Source: an uncultured virus (IMG/VR IMGVR_UViG_3300046675_000098)
Taxonomy: Duplodnaviria; Heunggongvirae; Uroviricota; Caudoviricetes
Length of the DNA stretch: 64,000 nucleotides
IMG/VR virus record: IMGVR_UViG_3300046675_000098
Reading direction: 5' to 3' (one strand)
The notes under the pieces are model-generated. The model saw only the letters and a program-made list of their open reading frames with translations. It was not told the origin of the DNA and did not search any database. Of this stretch, positions 10,655 to 20,844 are shown in pieces (within the stretch, counting starts at the first letter, position 1; every line of letters begins with the position of its first letter). Position numbers and translations under genes: made by a program.

Positions 10655-13600
10655 ATGGAGCACTACTTCGACCGCCAGGGAAACCCGATCGGCCTGTTCG
10701 CCTGGGCGCGCATGTTGGAAGCCGGGGACAATCACGTGGCCCAGGACTGGATCAAGGGCGTCCGGATCTCCACCGTGTGGCTGGGGCTCAACCACAACTT
10801 CAGCCTGGAAGGGCCACCACTGATCTTCGAGACGATGATCTTCTCCGAGACGGGCGACCTGGAGATGGACGAGTACTGCTGGCGCTGGTCCACCGAAGTG
10901 CAGGCCTTGGCCGGACACGACCAGGCGCTCGCCCTGGTGCGGGATGCCATGGCCCGCAAGTGTTAGGGTTCTACTTCCTATGAGCGCACCATGGAACCCC
11001 AGCGGGTACCGCGCCCCCCATCGGAACCACCTCCTGAACCGCAGCAAGTGGCACCGGGACAAGCAGTTCCCCTGCTGGTGCGGCGAGAGCCTGGTGCCGC
11101 GCTACCGGATGTTGGTGGATTGCTGCGTTGACTACCTGTACATAGTGGGACCACACGTGTACCTAGACCTGGAGGAGAGCAGTGAGTCCAGAGCGGATCA
11201 GGGAACGGTGTCAGTACCTGATTGAGCGAGGCCAAGGGGACGAGCCCATCTGGACGAGCGCGCAGATGGAGGACATCGTGGTGGCGTACATGCGGGTCCT
11301 TGACGAGTATGCCCGAATCCGCACGGGCATTTCTTAGGGCTATACTGGGGACATGATCGATACGAACGATTTCGGGCGGCGGTTCGCTGACCGGCTCTTC
11401 GACATCTCGGCTGAGAACCAAGGGATCAGCCGGATCGAAGTAGTGCGGCGCTACCACACGGACAGCAAGTACAAGGGGATGGTGGACGCCATCGTGTGGG
11501 CCGCAACGACGGTGATCCAGTCGATCGAGCAAGACGGCTGGGACCCCCTCGGCTCACTGCAAGAGACCTTCCAGCACGAGGTGTCGGGCCTGCTGGACAT
11601 CGATGCACCCGGTTCCGAGCACTGACACTGACAATGGCCCTCGTTCACCTTCAAGCCCTACTACCCAGTTCTGATGGTACTGGCTGGTACGCCGCCGCAG
11701 AAGGCAACATCTGCCGGTGTTCCACCCGCCACTGCCAGAGGCTCGCCGTGGCCTACCACCACCATCCCGGCACCCGTAAGCGGATGTGGCGGAACAAGTA
11801 CCGCTGCATGGAGCACCTACCCCCCGGCCTCAACGTCATGTACGGACGGGTCTGGCTGGACCGACCCCCCAAAGAGTCCGTTCGGCCCACATCGCAGGGT
11901 TCCGCATCGTAGTAATCTCTAGCCATGGCAAGCGTGGCAGAGACAGAGAAGCGCAACCGGTACTGGTTCGAGAACTGGCAGGACTTCACCTGCCAGGTGG
12001 TGGTCTCCACCCCGGCTCAGCGCTCCCTGCACGTCGGGGCCATCGTGAGCGGCCTCTTCGCCTCGATCCCGATCCCCTACCAGAGCCGGGACACCGACTC
12101 GGGCACCTTCGTGATCCGCGACGGGTGCTTCTGGGTGTACTCGCCCCGGGAGACCTACTGCTGGCCCCTGAGCGAGGCCCAGGTCGCTCCCTGCCGTGAC
12201 GGCGTGGAAGTCCGGTGCCCCAACCACCCCGTGGTCACCCTGCGGGGACCGGTAGCAGCCCCGCTCGCTGGTGCCTACGCCAGCATGGGGCGCTTGGAGG
12301 TCTGATGACCTCTGAGGTTCCCATCTACCTGATCCTGTTCGGTGCCCAGGGCTACCGCAGCCACCCGATCCGCTCGATCCGCCACATCGGCATCGAGCGG
12401 ATCGAAGAGGACGGACTCATGGTGGTACCACGTTGCAACGTCCACTACCGAGGCTCGAAAGACCTCAGCCCTCGCCGCTTCCGTGAAGCCGAGGGTGTAG
12501 AGCAGGACTACCCGGTGTGCAAGCGCTGTCTGGCCTGGAAGGAATACGACTACGGCGTATGACCAAGCACAACGTGTTCGTGAACGACAAGGTGCATGTC
12601 CGACGCCGCCAGTGCGAGACGTGCATCTTCGGGAAGAACTCCCCGATCAACACCGAGCGTCGCGACGAAATGGTCGCCAAGTGCGGTGACGAAGGTGTTA
12701 TCCCCTGTCACAAGCACATCCACCAGGATGCGCCGATCGAGCCGGTCTGCCACGGCTTCTACGCCCTCAAGGGCAACATGACCCTGCGCCTGGCGGATGC
12801 GCTCGACTACATCGAATGGTGGGACGACTGATGTCGGCGGCTAGCGAGATGACGGCGGTGCTCAACCGCATGCAGGCCTTACTGGATCACCTCAAAGCAG
12901 AGCCCTGGATCGAGTACGACACGATCTTGGTGCGCTCCGAAGTGATCCTGACAAAGCGGGCCTTCACAGAGCTACAGAAGGTCGCCAAGGCGATCAGCAA
13001 GGTCAGGCCCGAAGACACGAGAGGGCCGGGTGTGCCGTGGTACGAGGGCGTACTGGACGACATGGTATGAGCACCGCCCACCACCGCACCGACTGGGAGG
13101 TCTACGCCGTCAGCGCCTGCTGGGTGGCGATGTGGGTCGTCCTAGCCATCTGCTTCACCATCCTGGCGATCTACGGCACCATGTTCGGCGTGGCCACGAT
13201 GAAGGCGCACTGGCCATGAGCCGCAACAACCGACGCGGTGCAGGCCACAAGAAGCCCGCGCCGAGTGACCGGCGTATGACGCCCCACCATGACCGAGAGG
13301 TGCGGTATTGGACGCCAGGTGAGGATGACGACGTGCCCTTCGGGTTCCACGAGACGAACCTGGCCCCCTGGGAGCAGCCCTACGCCCTAGAGGACGACAA
13401 GGAGCAGGAGTGATCCGCTACTTCCTCCAGGGTCGCTACGGCCCGTGGTACGAGATCGAGGAGATGCAGTGGGCCGAGGCAGTGGGCCTGCCCGTGGTGA
13501 CTCAGCCCGACGACTACCTCTACGAGGAGTACGACCTGCCCCTGATGCGCTGTGTCGTCGTCAACACCGCCAAAGCCTGGAAGGACGACATCAAGCGAGA

Positions 13601-14184
13601 GTTCCCCGGGCTCCAGGACTTGATCTGGTTCCCCGACATGCGCTGCGGCGAGTGCGGAGGCCGTCTGGTGGACGAACTGGCCTCAGAGCCCGACAAGCGA
13701 TACCCGCGCTACGTCCACGCCACCGGCATGATGGACCGCCATGGTGCCTGGCCCGTGGAACAATGGGACTGATGACTGTCGCGCTGATGGGCCTCGATGA
13801 CCGCGTGATGCACCTGCCGAGCGATGAGCACGGCAAGGCGCAGTGCGGCGAGCGCATGCGCGACCCCTGGGCGGCTGGCCCTCTGGAGACGATTGCTCAG
13901 TCGGCTTCCGAAGCCTGTGAAAGCTGCTTCGATTTCTAGCCACTGACACTGACAACTACGGTGCCGCCGTGCACGTGATGTTGGTGGAGCGCCTGGACCG
14001 CCACAACCGGGTCGTGGTAGCACATGGCACCGTCGATGGTCAGGCCGCAGGCGCGTTCGTGCGCTCCCTGGTCACCGACACGATCTCGGCCGAGTGTGAG
14101 GACGGCTGGGATCTGTGGCGCTGGTACGTGCGTCAACACAAGGGCCGACGTCAAGTCAACAAGGTCAACATCTACCGCGCCTAG
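10655..14184 (+). other. Run of about 14 small plus-strand hypothetical CDS, many Cys-rich (e.g. 10655-10966, 11353-11625, 11925-12305, 12560-12831, 13410-13772)
   Basis: Abutting ORFs with ATGA/TGATG junctions; leaderless -10 boxes TATACT at 11341 and TAATCT at 11913. Confidence 0.6.
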
Positions 14185-14351
14185 CTGTCAGTGTCAGTGG
14201 CCCATAGTGGCCCTTATGTCAAGTCGGGCGCTGGTAGCCGCTCAGCGCGTCGTGGCATCGCTTCCGTTCGGTGCTGTCATGATCGGTGATCGGACGCCCA
14301 CATTCGGGACAGCACGGTTCGTCAGTCACGCCGCGACGCTAGACGCTGTCA

Positions 14352-16125
14352 TCATCGGTACACGACCACCATGCCCACGACGCCGCGAAGCAACACGACC
14401 TCGACGCCCAGGCCGTCGAAGTGCGCCCGGATCTCGTCCATGGGCAGGCTCAGGCTCTCCCCGGTGAGCCCCACCACGAGCACCGGGCGCCTCAGTGGCG
14501 CCGGTCGTGGTTCCACAGCAAATAGATCAAGAGGGCTAGGAACACCATGTCGATCAGACTCATCGGTCACTTCCGAACCGTCCTCGTGTTGCGCTCAAGC
14601 CAGTAGATGTCGTTGATGTCCCAGTCGTTCATGCTGATGGCCCCACAGGCGCAGCGGCGCACGAACACGTGCACGTTGTTCTTGTCGGTGTAGCCGCCTC
14701 GGGTCTGCGTCCAGCAGGTGTGACTCTTGGGCGGGACGATGGCGTCGTGCCACGGCACACCGTTGAGGTTCCACATCTCGGTACCAGATGGTGTGTCCTC
14801 ACGGATGAACACCCCCTGCGGCGGCATGTCCTCGGTGACGGTGTTGAAGAACGGCACCTTGTGGCGCCGCATGAGGACCGAGGTGACGACCACGCTGGCG
14901 ACGAAGCTGATCACCAGAGCGATAACGAAGATCCCGATCATGGTCGCTCCCACTGGATCTGCGCCAGGTAGGCCCGAGCACAGGGCAGGCAATAGAACCG
15001 CGACCCTGGAGCTTCATCGCCTTCGATCTCGATGGCCACAGAGGCCCCCTTGTCGCACGACCCACCTTCGGGCATCCACCGACCGAACGGGAGCACGCCC
15101 TGGTAGATCAACATGCGCTGCTGCTCGTCCGAGAGCCCGTTCCAGCACGTGAGCCCGAACCATCCGGTCGTAGGAGTGTCCATCACGGCGCCAGCCTCCG
15201 TAGTGACACCAGGCACCGCTTGCACGTCACGAACTTGGCGTCATGAGGATTCACGGCGCGACCCTTCTTGGTCCCACACAGAGGCACGCCATTGACGCGC
15301 AGGTGGATGGGCGGCTGGCGCTTCATAAGGCTGGACACTCACCCTGCATGTGCTCCCAGCCCGCCTCGTCAGAGCCGAAGCGGAACCACCCGGCCTCGAT
15401 GGGCTTCCCGCACTTGCGGCACGTCACGACCGTCAAGGGCTGCACCATGGTCTCAACGGCCAGCAGCTTCGGCCCTTGACTCAACCCATGCTGCAACTTG
15501 ACCCCGGTGTCGAACCCGGCCTGGTAGAAGCTCTCGTTCTCAGCCCTCGCAGCGTCCAGAGCGGCCTGTAGCTGTTCGATGGCGTCAGCGGCGGCGAGTG
15601 CATCTCGTGGGGAAGCCGTATCCCGTAGCCGTCGCACGAGGTCGCTGTAGTCGCTCATCGCAGCGCCGCCCGCATGGCGTTGACGACGCGGCCCTCACTG
15701 CTGCCGTCCCGGACCATGGGCTGCCACTTGATACCGTCGTCCACCCTCGTGTAGGGCAGGTGCGCGCAGGCTTCCGTGGACGGGCTGACCACCATGATGT
15801 TCATGGCTTCACGCACGGTCCGGTCCCCGGCCAGGAACCGCGCCTGTAGCTCCCCGGGGACCAGATCCGGGAACGGGTCGCTGATCTTGGCCGTCAGACA
15901 ATACGTGTCCACCGTCAGACAGGCCATCACCACCGGATCAGCTTCCGCCCACTGCGCCGCGAACGCCGCCAGGCCCAGCAACACCTCGTCCACGTTGTCG
16001 GCGCCCATGAGCACCACCATCGTGCCCGAGCGCTGCGTGGTGGTGATCTGAGCGTTCCAGCGCTCCCCGGAGAACATCTCCTGGACGAGCTTGATCTCAA
16101 GTTCCAGCCGCTCGTTCACCGTCAT
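14352..16125 (-). other. Run of small minus-strand hypothetical CDS (14352-14570, 14567-14941, 14938-15183, 15323-15658, 15655-16125)
   Basis: Overlapping start/stop junctions. Confidence 0.6.
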
Positions 16126-16394
16126 GCCGCCGCCGTCCGCTCCACCATGGCCCGCAGGCGCTCGATCTTGTCATCCTGACGGCAGACGTCCACGAAGGCG
16201 ATCCCGCCCCATATGCCGTACAGCGGGAAGCCCGCCTCGACGGCCTGGAGCGCCAGGAGAGCGCAGTCGCGCTGCCCCGGGCACCCCTGGCACACCGACA
16301 GCGCCCGAGCCCGCTTGGCCCGCCCCATGCGCCCGATACCCCAGTCGTCGGGGAACATGGACGGAGCATCCGGTAGCTGACAGTTGGTGATCAC
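16122..16394 (-). CDS. whiB: Second, divergent WhiB-like protein
   Basis: C...MFP...CQGCPGQRDC...YGIWGG. Confidence 0.75.
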   Translation of the reverse strand: MITNCQLPDAPSMFPDDWGIGRMGRAKRARALSVCQGCPGQRDCALLALQAVEAGFPLYGIWGGIAFVDVCRQDDKIERLRAMVERTAAA

Positions 16395-16410
16395 TTGCCC
16401 CCCAGCACGT

Positions 16411-16665
16411 TCATGCAGTCCTCTTCTGTCGCGCCGGTACCTTCTTGGCCGGTACCCGCTTCATGACCTTCTTGGGCACTTCCTTGGTCGCCTTGACCGG
16501 CTTCACCGGCTTGTCCAGTTGCGGCGCCAGGAACGGCTCCTCTTGCAGGTAGCCCTCCAGCGCCTTGCGGATGATCGTGTTCCGGGGCACCCCCGAGTTG
16601 TCGCTGAAGGCCACAAGGCGCTCAGCCAGTTCGTCGGGGAGCCGGATGTTCGTGGTATAGGTCAT
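16411..16665 (-). CDS. Ribbon-helix-helix protein with Lys-rich tail
   Basis: TTNIRLPDELAERL...PRNTIIRKALEGYL. Confidence 0.8.
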   Translation of the reverse strand: MTYTTNIRLPDELAERLVAFSDNSGVPRNTIIRKALEGYLQEEPFLAPQLDKPVKPVKATKEVPKKVMKRVPAKKVPARQKRTA

Positions 16666-17030
16666 TACTGGACAGTACCAGTTAGTTCGTCCAACAGTTC
16701 CCGGAGGTTCCCCAGGGCCTCCGTGTTGCGCCCGGGGTAGGGCTCGTAGATGGCCCCCTCATAGAACGAGAGCGCGGCATAGAGCCACGACAAGGCGGCG
16801 TCCAGTTGGCGCTGGGAGATCTCCCCACCACCCCCCAGCGTCGTCAGAGCGGCGACACCCATGTGCACGGGCGTGTCCGTCTTCCTGGACGAGGCCGAGA
16901 CCATGCCCTCCGGAATCGGCACCCCTGGCTGCCACCGCAGCGCCAACTCGAACAGCCGGTCCCAGTGAAAGCTCCGGCGCCCGTCCTCATCCCGAGGCAG
17001 CCGGTAGTACGGCACCGCTTCTAGTTCCAT
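16665..17030 (-). CDS. Hypothetical protein
   Basis: 121 aa; TAGGTT -10 six nt before ATG. Confidence 0.6.
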   Translation of the reverse strand: MELEAVPYYRLPRDEDGRRSFHWDRLFELALRWQPGVPIPEGMVSASSRKTDTPVHMGVAALTTLGGGGEISQRQLDAALSWLYAALSFYEGAIYEPYPGRNTEALGNLRELLDELTGTVQ

Positions 17031-17161
17031 CCCCCTAACCTAGCCCCTGGTACCACCCAGCAACATAGGTCGGAAGGCCCCTTGGTAGGTAGTAGGGGCG
17101 CTCCTGGCCGTGGAAGGACTTGCCGGTCCCTACCCCGTAGGAGCGCCCCTGGAACACTCTA

Positions 17162-17380
17162 CTACTCCTCCCACCGCCCGAGAGCCGCATCCCACTGCCT
17201 CTGAATGGCCCTGGCCCCGGCAAAGTCCCGAGCCACACTCTCGGGCGTGGAAGAGGGCGGCAGCGCCCCATCCAGGAGCCTCACCATCAACTGGTTGGTA
17301 CTGACCCCCTCCACCACCGCCCTAGCCTTCACGCGGCGCCACAACTCCTCGGGCATGCGAATGCTGGAGTTGTGGCTCAC
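17162..17380 (-). CDS. Arc-like ribbon-helix-helix protein
   Basis: SSIRMPEELWRRVKARAVVEGVSTNQLMVRLL. Confidence 0.8.
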   Translation of the reverse strand: MSHNSSIRMPEELWRRVKARAVVEGVSTNQLMVRLLDGALPPSSTPESVARDFAGARAIQRQWDAALGRWEE

Positions 17381-17682
17381 TTGAAGTCCTTGACCCTCTT
17401 CGCGGCCATGGCAGCCATCTTCTTGTCCACCAACCCCTGGAGATCAGTACCACTTGATACCGGCCCAGCAAGGGAGGGCGGTTGAGGGATGCCCTGGCGC
17501 TTACTCACAGCCTGAGGAGGAGCAGCCCTCTTCGAGGACGGCTTCTTGGTGGGGTCTCGTCCCAAGCTCGCTTCGAGCAGCCTGGTGATGAGGTTGTTCA
17601 GTGAACGGCTTTCGGCAGTTGCACTCACTTGCAAGCGCTCGTACAACCGATCGTCCATGCGGATGGTCACATTGCGCGTCAT
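17377..17682 (-). CDS. Arc-like ribbon-helix-helix protein
   Basis: VTIRMDDRLYERLQVSATAESRSLNNLITRLLE; TATCGT -10 six nt before ATG 17682. Confidence 0.8.
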   Translation of the reverse strand: MTRNVTIRMDDRLYERLQVSATAESRSLNNLITRLLEASLGRDPTKKPSSKRAAPPQAVSKRQGIPQPPSLAGPVSSGTDLQGLVDKKMAAMAAKRVKDFK

Positions 17683-17798
17683 ATGCACACGATAGCACTC
17701 ACTTGCACTCATACGCCACCCCCCACACGAGCTACACGAGGAAACACGACAACACGAGGAAATGGCCCTTGACCTGCACAAACGGGTGATCAGGGCCG

Positions 17799-17976
17799 GT
17801 GACATGTGTCACGGGACCATTAATGCGCCCGGGTAGGCCGTATGGCCTACCCACGCACACCCTCTGACCTGGTGTTTCACACCTGGTGAGGTTTGTCAAC
17901 AACATAGGCCGTAGGGCCTATGTTGTGTTACCAGGTGGTAGTGTGCTAGGGGTGCTCATGTTGTGTGAACATGAGC
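17799..17976. repeat. Cluster of palindromes in a long non-coding gap
   Basis: GTGACA-TG-TGTCAC (17799), GGGTAGGCC-GTAT-GGCCTACCC (17831-17852), CAACATAGGCC-GTAG-GGCCTATGTTG (17900-17925), GCTCATGTT-GTGTG-AACATGAGC (17954-17976). Confidence 0.85.
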
Positions 17977-18202
17977 GCATTAGGGCAGGTCACAGTACGT
18001 GCCCATGGTCACGACAGGCGTGTGAGTGTGTCACTCACGCCTAAGGCTAGGTTGGGTAGGGTGTGACTCATGTCATTGCCTGCCCATGGCATGGACGTGA
18101 CTTGACACACCCTGTCTATAGGCTGAACGACCCTTATAGGCCTGGCCCATGGCGCCGAACTACTCCGCACTTGGTACCGAGCGGTACTAGGGGGACAACG
18201 CA

Positions 18203-18228
18203 AAGGGCGCCCTGTGAGGGGCGCCCTT
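18203..18228 (-). terminator. Hairpin terminator after the SNF2 helicase gene
   Basis: AAGGGCGCCC-N6-GGGCGCCCTT. Confidence 0.65.
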
Positions 18229-18270
18229 ATACGGTGTGACCAGGTTGTCAGTGTCAGTGCTCGCCAGGCG

Positions 18271-19815
18271 TCACCCCTCCCGGTAGCTATCGAGCAGTGC
18301 GGCGGCGATGCTGTCGTCGTCCAGGATCGTGGTCGCTGTACCGTCCAGTACGGTGCCAGTCACGGCAGCCTTGTCATTGAGGATCGACATGAGCCGTTCA
18401 TCCACCGTCGCCACGCCATTGGTACCGAGCATGATGTGGCTCACGACCTCGCGAGTCTGGCCGATACGGTCTAGGCGATCCTCGACCTGTTGTAGGTCTC
18501 CGGGCGTCCACGGTAGCTCCGCGACGACGATATGACGGGCCGCCGTGAGCGTGAATCCCACGCCAGCGGCGACGATGTTCCCCGCCAGTACCCGGGCCTT
18601 GCCTGACTGAAAGGCGTCTACGGCAGCTTGTTTCTGGACCGTGGAATCGTTCCCTGTGATGGTCACGGCGCCGAACGCCTCGACCATGGCGCGGATCGTG
18701 TCGGTATGCGTGGCGGCGATGAACACTTGCTCGCCCTCGTCCAGGAGCCCTTGCACGTACTCGACCACGGCCGCGACCTTAGCCTGGCCGATAAGGCGCC
18801 GCAGGGTATTGAGCAGTACCAGAGCCTCAGCCTTGCCTGCGGACTCAGCAGCCTTGTCGCCACGCTCGCCCCGCACGTAGGCAATCAGGTCATCTTGCGC
18901 CCGCACGTAGTCACGTGCAGCCGTCCCGGCCATGGCGGTCCCGACACTGATACGGCCCTTGCCTGGCAGCGTGAGCACTTCCGAACGCAGGCGCCGCAGG
19001 TAGAACGTGGAGACCATGGTCTCGTGAAGCTCACTCAGGTACGCACTCCCACGCGTGCCCCACCGGTCCAGTACCGGACAGTAGCGATTGAGGAACGACC
19101 ACCAGCCGCCGAACACATGATCGACGCCCGCGATACGTAGCTGGGTGGCTAGTTCACTGGGCCGGTTGACGATAGCCGTGCCACTCATGAGCACCCGCAG
19201 TGCACCATGGGGGAGCGTGGCGGCGAGCGCCATGGCGGCACGTGCGCGTTGTGCCTTGTATGACTTGAATCGATGCGCCTCGTCTACCACCAGGGCGCGG
19301 ATGCCCATCGTGGTCAGTACCCCGTTCACTACGTCACGTGACTTCCCGGTCCGCTGGTCAGTCACCTTGACCAGACCGGCCCACTTGCTGAGTACAGCGT
19401 CACCGATCACGTAGAAGTCAGCGTCGGCAGGCAGCACCGGCTTGGTACCAGTCAGCACCACCACGCGGGCACCCGGCACCAGCCGCACAATCTCGTTCCG
19501 CCAGTTGAGCGTGAGGCTAGGGGGACACACAACGAGAGCCGGGTACGTGCTGGGTGCCAGCGCAATGGCGGCGATGGCGGCGAACGTCTTACCCAGGCCC
19601 ATCTCGTCGCCGACGTAGCTACCGCCGAACCGGGCGACGTCGGCATGGATGCGCTGGACTGCCTCGACCTGGTGGTCAAGGAGGGGCAGCGCGAGAGCCG
19701 TGAAGTCGAACGACGTCGTAGCGGCGATGGCGGTGGCGGCGACGACGGTAGGCAGGGCCGCGCTAGGCGTGGCGGCGAAGAATGCGGACAGGGCGTTAGT
19801 GGGTGCGTTGGTCAC
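18271..19815 (-). CDS. SNF2-family (SMARCAL1/HepA-like) DEAH helicase
   Basis: DEMGLGKT, LVVCP, VVDEAH, MSGTAIVNRP, GVGFTLT, QVEDRLDRIGQ; start placed at GTG 19815 from the promoter cassette. Confidence 0.92.
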   Translation of the reverse strand: MTNAPTNALSAFFAATPSAALPTVVAATAIAATTSFDFTALALPLLDHQVEAVQRIHADVARFGGSYVGDEMGLGKTFAAIAAIALAPSTYPALVVCPPSLTLNWRNEIVRLVPGARVVVLTGTKPVLPADADFYVIGDAVLSKWAGLVKVTDQRTGKSRDVVNGVLTTMGIRALVVDEAHRFKSYKAQRARAAMALAATLPHGALRVLMSGTAIVNRPSELATQLRIAGVDHVFGGWWSFLNRYCPVLDRWGTRGSAYLSELHETMVSTFYLRRLRSEVLTLPGKGRISVGTAMAGTAARDYVRAQDDLIAYVRGERGDKAAESAGKAEALVLLNTLRRLIGQAKVAAVVEYVQGLLDEGEQVFIAATHTDTIRAMVEAFGAVTITGNDSTVQKQAAVDAFQSGKARVLAGNIVAAGVGFTLTAARHIVVAELPWTPGDLQQVEDRLDRIGQTREVVSHIMLGTNGVATVDERLMSILNDKAAVTGTVLDGTATTILDDDSIAAALLDSYREG

Positions 19816-19888
19816 GAGAGAAAGCCTATCAGGTAGTTGAGTCAACAGGTGGTCAGGAGGCATAGGCCATTCGGCCTATTTGCCCTGG

Positions 19889-20779
19889 TCAGGCGTGGTG
19901 CATGGGGTACTGCCCACGGTAGTCCGGCGTGCTCGCGAGGCACGGTTCCCCCACGGTCTCGACCAGGTTGGCACCACACTCGGCGCACGCTTCCGACAGG
20001 ATGGCGTCCACGGTCGTGTAGCTAGGCGCTACCACCTTTCCGGACGGACGGGTCACGGGCCGACCGAGCACGTCGGCAGCTTCCTCATAGGTGGGATACC
20101 ACCAGCCGTGACGGGCGGCGCACTTCGGGCCGTACCCGGCCGCGAGGGACCTGTCGTCGTCAATATCAAGTCCGCAGTTACAGCAGAAGCCGTGCAGCTT
20201 CCCGAACGCGGACGCTTCCTCCTGGCTCATGGCATGGGCGACGCCCTCGCTCACGTAGCGCTTGACGATGGCGACACCACCCCGCACGTAGTCGAACGTG
20301 CGCCCACGGAGCACCTTGCACGCCTGATAGCCGTTCTGAGTCGTGTACAGCTTCCACACCGCGGACCCATCGTCCAGCGTGTAGAGACCGTTATCGAGCA
20401 CCAGGGTAGCGGCGGCGACCGTAGCCGCATCCGCCACGGCGCAATCGCCCTCATGATGGAACGTGAGCCACTTCCCGGTGCTTGACTTCTGAATCCACCC
20501 AGCACCGGCCGGAACGTTCCCCTTGCACGTCTGGCACTTTCCGGGGTAGCCGTTCGACCGTTTGGCCGGAGCGGTAGCCGTGGCGGCGACAGTGTTCTTC
20601 ATGCCTAGAAGCGCCTCGATCATGGCGCTAGCCGTGCCGGACTTCCCGCCCGTCAAGGTGCTCTCTAGTTGCGCCATGGCGGCGGGGACGTCATTGATCC
20701 CGGTCTGGTCGGCGGGGATCTGCTGGAGCAGCGAACGGATGAAAGAGATCTGCTTAGGGGAAGCCGGTGCGTTGGTCAC
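19889..20779 (-). CDS. DUF6011-like zinc-binding protein
   Basis: ASPKQISFIRSL N-terminus, YPGKCQTC, and HGFCCNCG..IDDDRSLAAGYGPKCA. Confidence 0.7.
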   Translation of the reverse strand: MTNAPASPKQISFIRSLLQQIPADQTGINDVPAAMAQLESTLTGGKSGTASAMIEALLGMKNTVAATATAPAKRSNGYPGKCQTCKGNVPAGAGWIQKSSTGKWLTFHHEGDCAVADAATVAAATLVLDNGLYTLDDGSAVWKLYTTQNGYQACKVLRGRTFDYVRGGVAIVKRYVSEGVAHAMSQEEASAFGKLHGFCCNCGLDIDDDRSLAAGYGPKCAARHGWWYPTYEEAADVLGRPVTRPSGKVVAPSYTTVDAILSEACAECGANLVETVGEPCLASTPDYRGQYPMHHA

Positions 20780-20844
20780 GATCATGAGTCTAGGCGCTTT
20801 CTTAGGGTCCCGTATGGGCCATACGGCCCTTCTGTTGACTCACC

